A DNA stretch of 64,000 nucleotides from Myxococcota bacterium. GTDB lineage: Bacteria; Myxococcota_A; UBA9042; PHBI01; JAWLBL01. The DNA lies in assembly GCA_041687695.1 (NCBI GenBank), contig JAWLBL010000004.1, positions 96,001 through 160,000 of the forward strand, in the 5' to 3' direction. This document shows, piece by piece, positions 18,189 to 25,496 of the stretch. Below the pieces are notes generated by a model that was not told the origin of the DNA, made no database searches, and saw only the letters and a list, made by a program, of their open reading frames with translations. The first letter of the stretch is position 1; every line of letters starts with the position of its first letter. The translations under genes were made by a program, and so were the position numbers.

Positions 18189-19271
18189 ATGACCGATCAG
18201 CCGACCCCCAAGCGCGGGGCGAGAAAGCGCGTCGGCGCGCGCACCAAGCGCGCCGCCCGGCCCGCCGCCAGCCCCATCCGCGTCGCCCTCACCGGCGCCC
18301 GCACCTTCCTGGGCGAGCGCCTCGTGCAGGTCCTCGAGGCCGACCCCCGCGTCGCCCACATCCTGGCGCTCGACATCGCGCCGCCGCGCTCGGGCCGCGG
18401 CAAGACGCGCTTCGCGCGCCTGGATCTGACCGATCCCATGGCCGACGAGCGCATGGCCGACCTCCTCAAGGAGGACGGCATCGACGTCCTGTGCCACCTG
18501 GCCTTCCTGTCCAAGCCGTCGCACAGCCGCTCGTGGGCCCACGAGCTCGAGGCCATCGGGTCGCTCTACGTCATGAACGCCGCCGCCGAGGCGCAGGTCC
18601 CCAAGGTCATCCTCGGCTCGACCACCATGGTCTACGGCGCCTACTCGACCAACCCCAACTTCCTGACCGAGGACCACCCGCTGCGCGGCAACCCGGCCAG
18701 CCGCTGGGTCAAGGACAAGGTGTCGGCCGAGCGCGAGCTGATGAAGCTCAAGCGCGACTGCCCCGACATCATCACCACCTCGCTGCGCTTCGGCGTCATC
18801 CTGGGCCCGACCGTCAAGTCCTTCTTCACCCGCATGTTCGGCCGGCAGGTCGTCGTCAGCCTGATGGGCTACGACCCGCTGATGCAGTTCCTGCACGAAG
18901 AGGACGCCGTCCGCGCGCTGGCCAAGGCCGTCTTCGAGGACCACCAGGGCGCCTTCAACATCGTCGGCGACGGGGTCCTGTACTACTCGCAGGCGCTCAA
19001 GCTCGGCGGGCGGGTCCCGATGCGGATGCCCCACGGCTTCGCCTACCCCTCGGCCACGCTGCTGTGGAACCTGCAGGTCGTCGACACCCCCGGCCCCTTC
19101 CTCAACTACTTCCGCTACTCGTGGCTGGCCGACGGCAAGCGCGCGAAAGAGGTCATGGGCTTCGAGCCCGAGCACAGCTCGCGCGAGGCGCTCACGGACT
19201 TCTACGCCTCCTGCGAGGCCCGCCAGGCCGAGGCCAACGAGCAGCTCACCCCGCGCGAGGTGGCGTCATGA
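18189..19271 (+). CDS. NAD-dependent epimerase/dehydratase (extended SDR)
   Basis: VALTGARTFLG, HLAF, STTMVYGA, MQFLHEEDAV, FNIVGDG. Confidence 0.88.
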   Translation: MTDQPTPKRGARKRVGARTKRAARPAASPIRVALTGARTFLGERLVQVLEADPRVAHILALDIAPPRSGRGKTRFARLDLTDPMADERMADLLKEDGIDVLCHLAFLSKPSHSRSWAHELEAIGSLYVMNAAAEAQVPKVILGSTTMVYGAYSTNPNFLTEDHPLRGNPASRWVKDKVSAERELMKLKRDCPDIITTSLRFGVILGPTVKSFFTRMFGRQVVVSLMGYDPLMQFLHEEDAVRALAKAVFEDHQGAFNIVGDGVLYYSQALKLGGRVPMRMPHGFAYPSATLLWNLQVVDTPGPFLNYFRYSWLADGKRAKEVMGFEPEHSSREALTDFYASCEARQAEANEQLTPREVAS

Positions 19272-20374
19272 GCTCGAGCCCGATCGAGAGCGGCCGCGGC
19301 AAGTCCGGCCGAGCGGCCGGAGGCGACGCGACCGACGCCCAGCCAGCCCCGTCCCCCGCCGACCAGCCGCCGCCGAAGGGCGCCGACCAGCCGCCGCCGC
19401 CGGGCGCCGACCACCGCCCCGGCGCCTACGAGGTCTTCGAGTCCGAGACCGACGCGCTGTCCATCGAGCACCTGCGCGACCTGTGGGAGCGCTTCGCCAG
19501 CCACCCCGCGGTCGCCAAGGCCCTGGGCGCCTCGCGCGAGCTGGGCCTCGAGCAGGCCCGCAGCCTGACCCAGCGCCTGCTGCGCGTCGACGTCGACCGC
19601 GCCATCGACCCGTTTGGCTGCGACCCCGAGTTCGTCGACCAGCTCTTCCCCATCGCCCGCTGGTTCCACGACAAGTACTTCCGCTGCGAGAGCCGCGGCG
19701 TCGAGCACATCCCCAGCGACGGGCGCGTGCTGCTCGTCGCCAACCACTCGGGCACGCTGCCCTACGACGGCGCGATGGTGGTGACGGCCGTCAAGTGCCG
19801 CCACGCCTCGGGGCGCCTCGTGCGACCGCTGGTCGAGGACTTCGTCTACCACTTCCCCTACCTCGGCATGTTCATGGCGCGCGTCGGCGCCATCCGCGCC
19901 TCGCAGGAGAACGCCCAGCGCCTGCTCGAGGCCGACGAGCCGGTCCTCGTCTTCCCCGAGGGCGTCAAGGGCATCGGCAAGCTCTACCGGCGCCGCTACC
20001 GCCTGCAGCGCTTCGGCCGCGGCGGCGCCATCAAGCTGGCCATGAACACGGGCGCGCCCATCATCCCGGTGTCCATCGTCGGCGCCGAGGAGTCGATGCC
20101 GCTCATCAGCAAGATGACCTGGCTCGCGCGGCCGCTGGGGCTGCCCTACATCCCCATCACGCCGACCCTGCCGCTGCTCGGGCCGCTGGGCCTCATCCCG
20201 TACCCGACCAAGTGGTACGTCGACTTCGGCGAGCCCATCGACATCGCCGAGTACGGCCCCGACGCCGCCCAGGACCGGGTGCTGGTCAACAAGCTCAACG
20301 AGCGCATCCGCGCCGTCATCCAGGACATGATCGACCAGCGCCTGCGCGAGCGCCACTCGGTCCTGTTCGGCTGA
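19268..20374 (+). CDS. Lysophospholipid/glycerol acyltransferase (PlsC-like)
   Basis: ATGA overlap with the epimerase. VANHSGTLPYD and VFPEG motifs. Confidence 0.9.
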   Translation: MSSSPIESGRGKSGRAAGGDATDAQPAPSPADQPPPKGADQPPPPGADHRPGAYEVFESETDALSIEHLRDLWERFASHPAVAKALGASRELGLEQARSLTQRLLRVDVDRAIDPFGCDPEFVDQLFPIARWFHDKYFRCESRGVEHIPSDGRVLLVANHSGTLPYDGAMVVTAVKCRHASGRLVRPLVEDFVYHFPYLGMFMARVGAIRASQENAQRLLEADEPVLVFPEGVKGIGKLYRRRYRLQRFGRGGAIKLAMNTGAPIIPVSIVGAEESMPLISKMTWLARPLGLPYIPITPTLPLLGPLGLIPYPTKWYVDFGEPIDIAEYGPDAAQDRVLVNKLNERIRAVIQDMIDQRLRERHSVLFG

Positions 20375-20393
20375 GCCGCCGAGGGGGCCGCCC

Positions 20394-21425
20394 GTGAGTC
20401 GCCAGCGCTTGGTCGACCTGCGCTCGGACACGGTGACGCGTCCGACCCTGGGCATGCGCGCCGCGATGGCTCAGGCCGAGGTGGGCGACGTCTGCTTCGG
20501 CGACGACCCGACGGTGACCCGCCTCGAGCGCGCCGTCGCCGAGCGGCTGGGCAAAGAGGCCGCCCTGTTCGTCCCGACCGGGACCATGGCCAACCAAATC
20601 GCCGTCGCGGTCCACACCCGACCCGGCGACGCCGTCCTGCTCGACCGCCGCGCCCACATCGCCCTGTGGGAGGCCGGCGCCTCGGCCGTGCTGGCCGGCG
20701 TCCAGCTGGTCGGCGTCGACTCCGACGACGGCCTGCCCACCCCCGACGCGCTGGCCGCCGCCGTCTACGCCCCCCACGTCAAGGCGCCCCAGCCGCGCCT
20801 GCTCGCCCTCGAGGACACCCACAACGCCGCCGGCGGCCTCGCCCACAACGTCGCCGCGCTGGCCCCGGCCCTCGACTTCGCCCGCCAGCGAGGCCTGGCC
20901 ACCCACCTCGACGGCGCCCGCCTCTTCAACGCCGCCGTCGCGACCGGCGACGACGTGGCCTCCCTCGCCGCCGGCTTCGACACGGTCAGCCTCTGCCTCT
21001 CCAAGGGCCTGGGCGCCCCGGTCGGCTCGCTCCTGGCCGGCCCCCGCGACCTCATCGCCCGCGCCGACGCCTGGCGGCACCGCCTGGGGGGTGGCTGGCG
21101 CCAGGCCGGCGTCCTCGCCGCGGCGGGCCTCCACGCCCTCGACCACCACCCGGCCCGCCTCCCCGAGGACCACGCCCGCGCCCGCGTCCTCGCCGCCGCC
21201 ATGACCCAGGCCGGCGTCGCCCACCCCGTCCACGACGTCCAGACCAACATCGTCTACTTCCACGTCGACCCCGCCTGGGGCACCGCCCAGGCCTTCGCCG
21301 CCGCCCTGGCCGACCGCGGCGTCCTCGTCGGCGCCACCGCCCCCCAGCGCGGCCGCCTGGTCACCCACCTCGACGTCGACGACGCCGCCCTCGCCCGCGC
21401 CAGCGAGGCCCTCGCGGCCCTCTGA
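20394..21425 (+). CDS. ltaE: Low-specificity L-threonine aldolase
   Basis: DLRSDTVTRP, GDDPTV, PTGTMANQ, HLDGARLFNA, CLSKGLGAPVGS, GGGWRQAG. Confidence 0.92.
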   Translation: MSRQRLVDLRSDTVTRPTLGMRAAMAQAEVGDVCFGDDPTVTRLERAVAERLGKEAALFVPTGTMANQIAVAVHTRPGDAVLLDRRAHIALWEAGASAVLAGVQLVGVDSDDGLPTPDALAAAVYAPHVKAPQPRLLALEDTHNAAGGLAHNVAALAPALDFARQRGLATHLDGARLFNAAVATGDDVASLAAGFDTVSLCLSKGLGAPVGSLLAGPRDLIARADAWRHRLGGGWRQAGVLAAAGLHALDHHPARLPEDHARARVLAAAMTQAGVAHPVHDVQTNIVYFHVDPAWGTAQAFAAALADRGVLVGATAPQRGRLVTHLDVDDAALARASEALAAL

Positions 21426-21483
21426 GCCGGCCCACCCCGCCGCCTCCAGCGCGAAACTCCACCGCGAGCAGCGTCGGCCGCGC

Positions 21484-21861
21484 TCTTCGATGAAGAATCC
21501 GACGGCCCAGCCCCGCCGAGACGATTCTTCGATGAAGAATCCCGCTGTCGAGCCCCGCCGAGACGATTCTTCAATGAAGAATCCCGCTGTCGAGCCCCGC
21601 CGAGACGATTCTTCAATGAAGAATCCCGCTGTCGAGCCCCGCCGAGACGATTCTTCAATGAAGAATCCCCATGTCGAGCCTCGCGCTGCGGTTTCTTCAT
21701 CCCAGAATCGTCCCCGCCACCCTCGCGCTGCGGTTTCTTCATCCCAGAATCGTCCCCGCCACCCTCGCGCTGCGGTCTCTTCGTTCCAGAATCGTCCCCG
21801 CCACCCTCGCGCTGCGGTCTCTTCGTTCCAGAATCACCCCCGGCACCCTCGCCCTCCGGCC
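21484..21861. repeat. 42-bp tandem array (9 units, two sub-types)
   Basis: TCTTC recurs at 21484, 21526, 21568, 21610, 21652, 21694, 21736, 21778 and 21820. Core TCTTC-N5-AGAATC is conserved in all units. Confidence 0.95.
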
Positions 21862-21864
21862 ACC

Positions 21865-23160
21865 TCATCGAAGGCTCGTCCCGTCGCCGGCCGCCCCCGG
21901 CTTTCCAACGGCCCCCTCCGCGCCCTCGGTCCACCCGCCCCGGGGCGGAGCCGTCCGCGTCCGCCGCTCGGCCATCTTCCGCGCCACGAACCCGGCACCC
22001 AGCTCCGTCCGGGCGACGAACAGGTTGTGCGCCTGACACACGACCCGAACGTTCGCGATGGAGTGAGCCCCGCCCTTCGCGAACGCCTCGTCGTGGTGCA
22101 GCTCCAGCCGCCGCGTCTCGGTGCACCGGCCCCCCGCGCCCACGAACGTGCACCGCAACCCGTCCCGCGCGACCACGGCCCGCCTGACCTCCGCCGGAAT
22201 GGCCCGCCCCCGCCCGCCAACCAGCTCGCCCGACCCGCTGGCCTGCCCGACCGACTCACCGGCCTGCTCGACCGACCCGCCGGCCTGCTCGACCGACTCA
22301 CCGGCCTGCTCGACCGACTCACCGGCCTGCTCGACCGACTCACCGGCCCGTTCCGCTGGGTTCGTCATGGCCGCGCTCTCGGCCTGCTCGACCGCCTTGG
22401 AGACCGCCTTCTTCGAAGGTCGCTTGGCCCCCACCCCGAACCGCTGCTTCTTCTTCGCGGCCAGGAACACATCCAGCGCCATCTCCAGCAGCGTCTCGTA
22501 GTCGCCTGACGCGACCCGATGCCCCGAGATCGCCATCGCCTCCTCCAGCTTGGCGGCCACCCGCGCCCCGACGGTCACCTGCACCCGATACCGAGCCTCC
22601 GAGAGCGGCTCGACCCGATGCTTCGGCTTCGGTCGCTCCAGCGCCAACTCGCTCTCTCGCGCCTTCGGCTCGGCCAGGGTCTGCTTCGCCGCCTCGTCCC
22701 GCCCGCCCCGGGGCGGCGGCAGCTTCACCACCCGCGCCGGCACGTCCGGCCGCGGCGCCCACCGCGCCACCAGCTCCACCAGCTCCCGCTTGCTCTTCCC
22801 AGCCGCCTCGGCCAGCCGCTCCACGGCGTTCCCTTCCCCGAGATGCGGTCCGATGACCCTCATCCCGCTCAGGCTCAGCCGTCCGTCGGCCAGCATCGCC
22901 CCCATCTCGGGCCACCGCCTCACCCACTCGACGGCCTTCACGTAGTTGTAGGCCTTGTCTTCTCCGAAGCCCCACCGGTCGCGGCACCACGCGAACAGCG
23001 ACGCGCTGCCGTCGCCCAGATGAAGCTCCCGCGCCTCCACCTCGGCCAGGTGGACGACCAGGTTGGCCGTCGTCCGCCGCTCCAGGTGTACCAGCTCACC
23101 GACCCGCCCCAGCAGCCGCTCGTCGGACAACTTCTCCAGCATCTTCAGCCCCTTGCGCAT
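21865..23160 (-). CDS. HNH endonuclease with DUF222-like N-terminal helical region
   Basis: N-terminal LSDERLL...ERRTTANLVVHLAEVEARELH...SLFAWC...AAGKSKRE. C-terminal IPAEVRRAVVARDGLRC...C...LELHH...GG...N...CQAHN. Start may be 23142. Confidence 0.88.
   Translation of the reverse strand: MRKGLKMLEKLSDERLLGRVGELVHLERRTTANLVVHLAEVEARELHLGDGSASLFAWCRDRWGFGEDKAYNYVKAVEWVRRWPEMGAMLADGRLSLSGMRVIGPHLGEGNAVERLAEAAGKSKRELVELVARWAPRPDVPARVVKLPPPRGGRDEAAKQTLAEPKARESELALERPKPKHRVEPLSEARYRVQVTVGARVAAKLEEAMAISGHRVASGDYETLLEMALDVFLAAKKKQRFGVGAKRPSKKAVSKAVEQAESAAMTNPAERAGESVEQAGESVEQAGESVEQAGGSVEQAGESVGQASGSGELVGGRGRAIPAEVRRAVVARDGLRCTFVGAGGRCTETRRLELHHDEAFAKGGAHSIANVRVVCQAHNLFVARTELGAGFVARKMAERRTRTAPPRGGWTEGAEGAVGKPGAAGDGTSLR
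22230..22348. repeat. 21-bp tandem repeat inside the HNH gene, encoding (ESVEQAG)n
   Basis: CCGACTCACCGGCCTGCTCGA-like units at 22230, 22251, 22272, 22293, 22314 and 22335 (partial). Confidence 0.9.
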
Positions 23161-23415
23161 CGCCCACCCCTCCCAATCGAGGCCCGAAGCATACCACGGG
23201 GGTCCCGGCCCCCTCGGAACGCCCCCTGGACGCCCGTTCAGCGCCTCCGGACGACGCGCGACGACCCTCTCCCCGGATCAGCGCGTCCTGGAGCCCGCCA
23301 GGCCGCTCCCAGGGCCCGTCTACCTCCGACCTCCGATCGCCCGCCGAGGGCTCCAAGAATCCGTCAACAACTATTTCGCCCCTCGTCCCCTCTCGAGGTC
23401 GATTTTGCCCCCTCC

Positions 23416-23910
23416 CGCCCCGGGACGACGAGCCGCCCGGGATCTCCGCCCCGGGACGGCGACCCGCCCCGGGGGTCTCCGCCCCGGGACGACGACCGGC
23501 CCCTGGGCTCTCCGCCCCGGGACGACGCCCCGCCCCTGGGATCTCCGCCCCGGGACGACGACCGGCCCCTGGGATCTCCGCCCCGGAACTACGACCAGCT
23601 ACCGCCCCGGGACGACGCCCGCTCGTACTGTCGCCCCGGAACTACGACCAGCTACCGCCCCGGGACGACGCCCGCTCGTACTGTCGCCCCGGAACTACGA
23701 CCAGCTCCCGCCCCGGGACGACGCCCGCTCGTACTGTCGCCCCGGAACTTCAACCAGCGCTCCCGCCCCGGAACTACGACCAGCTACCGCCCCGGGACGA
23801 CGCCCGCTCGTACTGTCGCCCCGGAACTACGACCAGCTACCGCCCCGGGACGACGCCCGCTCGTACTGTCGCCCCGGAACTTCAACCAGCGCTCCCGCCC
23901 CGGGACGACG
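23416..23910. repeat. Higher-order tandem array of 18 CGCCCCGG-cored units (24-33 bp)
   Basis: Units start at 23416, 23447, 23480, 23513, 23546, 23579, 23603, 23632, 23656, 23685, 23709, 23738, 23764, 23788, 23817, 23841, 23870 and 23896. Confidence 0.95.
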
Positions 23911-24040
23911 ATCCGCGCACCCAACCACAGCCTGCCTCCACCTCCGCTCCCACCCATAACCTCAGACTATCACGCCCCCATGCCGCACCCCCGCTCACCC
24001 CAGCCCCTCGCGACCCAGTCCGCGCCTCGGGACGCGCAGC

Positions 24041-24186
24041 GGCCCGGACGCCCCCGTCCGGGCCGATATCAGCTCTCCCAGCCGCAGCGGAGGCCGGGGT
24101 CAAGGGCTTTGTCGTCCGCGAGGAATTGGCCGGCCGAAGGACGGCCAAGGGGGGACAAAGCCCTTGATGCCGGCCGAAGCGGAGGC
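24041..24186. other. Structured inverted-repeat element (short hairpin plus long nested hairpin)
   Basis: GGCCCGGACG/CGTCCGGGCC at 24041-24064. TCAAGGGCTTTGTC (24100-24113) pairs with GACAAAGCCCTTGA (24154-24167), with inner TTGGCCG/CGGCCAA and outer GGCCGG/CCGGCC arms. Confidence 0.8.
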
Positions 24187-24202
24187 TACCGCGCCTCCTC
24201 AA

Positions 24203-24343
24203 CCCGCTCGTCCCGCTCGTCCTGCTCGTCCTGCTCGTCCTGCTCGTCCTGCTCGTCCTGCTCGTCCCGCTCGTCCTGCTCGTCCTGCTCGTCCTCCTCG
24301 CCCCTCTTCGTCCTCCTGGTCCTCCTGGTCCTCCTGGTCCTCC
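24203..24343. repeat. 9-bp tandem repeat
   Basis: About 10 copies of CC(T/C)GCTCGT, followed by three copies of CCTCCTGGT. Confidence 0.9.
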
Positions 24344-24574
24344 TCCCCGATAGCGTCCAGCGCCGCCCCCAATCCCCCTCACCCCCCCCCCCGGAATCCC
24401 CACCCCCCACCCACTGTTTCGCCCCCTCGGCCGAACTTCCCGGTGGACTCCACCGCCTGAACGGCCCCAAAGTGCGCCCCGACGCGACCGAGCCTCGCGC
24501 CGCCCCCCAAACGCGGGCCCACCCCTCGCTCCCCACGAGCGCGCCCCCGGCCCGGATCACCTCAGAGCACAGCC

Positions 24575-25495
24575 ATGACCGAACGAGCGTATCGCGCTGG
24601 CTTCGTCGCCATCGTCGGCCGGCCCAACGTGGGCAAGTCGACGCTGATGAACCAGATCGTCGGCGAGAAGATCGCCATCGCCACCCCCAAGCCGCAGACG
24701 ACGCGCGAGCGGATCCGCGGCATCCGCACCTTCGACGACTGGCAGGTCGTCTACGTGGACACGCCCGGCATCCACGAGGCGCGCACGGCCCTGAACAAGT
24801 TCATGGTCGACACCGCCGTCGGGACGCTGTCGGACGTCGACCTCACCTACCTGCTGGTCGACGCGGCGCACATGAACGCCAAGCCCGACCAGGTGCTGGC
24901 CGAGACCGAGCGGGTCGTGGCCGCCATCACCGCCGCGGGCGCGCGCACCTTCCTGGTGGTCAACAAGATCGACCGCCTGAAGGACAAGGCCGCGATGCTG
25001 CCGCTCATCGAGCGGCTGACCGCCCTGTACCCGTTCGACGAGGTGGTGCCCGTCAGCGCCGCGACCGGCGACGGCGTGGCGCAGCTGCTCGAGCTGACGC
25101 GCCCCCACATGCCCGAGGGGCAGGCCCTGTTCCCCGGTGACGAGCTGACCGACCGCTCGATGCGCTTTCTGGCCGCCGAGCTGGTCCGTGAGCAGCTGTT
25201 CATGCAGCTGTCCGACGAGCTGCCCTACCACGTCGCCGTGAACGTCGAGGACTGGCAGGAGCGCGACAACGGCACCGCCGCCATCCACGCGACCATCCAC
25301 GTCGCGCGCGACAGCCACAAGGGCATCGTCATCGGCAAGGGCGGCCAGCGCCTCAAGACCATCGGGCAGAAGGCCCGGCAGAACCTGGAAGACTTCATGC
25401 AGCGCAAGGTCTGGCTCGAGCTGCACGTGCGGGTCGAGGACGACTGGACCGACCGCGCCGCCGCCCTGCGCAAGCTCGGCTACACGGAGAGCTGA
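24575..25495 (+). CDS. era: GTPase Era
   Basis: GFVAIVGRPNVGKSTL, KPQTTR, DTPG, NKID, KH domain with VIGKGG. Confidence 0.97.
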   Translation: MTERAYRAGFVAIVGRPNVGKSTLMNQIVGEKIAIATPKPQTTRERIRGIRTFDDWQVVYVDTPGIHEARTALNKFMVDTAVGTLSDVDLTYLLVDAAHMNAKPDQVLAETERVVAAITAAGARTFLVVNKIDRLKDKAAMLPLIERLTALYPFDEVVPVSAATGDGVAQLLELTRPHMPEGQALFPGDELTDRSMRFLAAELVREQLFMQLSDELPYHVAVNVEDWQERDNGTAAIHATIHVARDSHKGIVIGKGGQRLKTIGQKARQNLEDFMQRKVWLELHVRVEDDWTDRAAALRKLGYTES

Positions 25496-25496
25496 G

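Noticed and set aside
21484..21861. CRISPR array (palindromic repeat at a regular period)
   Set aside because: The intervening sequences are repeated rather than unique, the 42-bp period is too short, and there are no cas genes in the window.
21490..22509. ORFs running through the 42-bp array (e.g. MKNPAVEPRRDDSS repeats) and ORFs 22519..25140, 23063..23959 and 24186..24560
   Set aside because: Open frames are expected from GC-rich or triplet-period repeats. They overlap the HNH or era genes, or are pure low-complexity sequence with no domain.
23416..23910. CRISPR or TIGR array paired with the HNH protein
   Set aside because: The constant core is only 8 bp, the tails recur identically, and unit lengths are irregular. 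The protein shows no recognisable Nop, RuvC or PLMP motifs, so it is not TasH, Cas9 or IscB.
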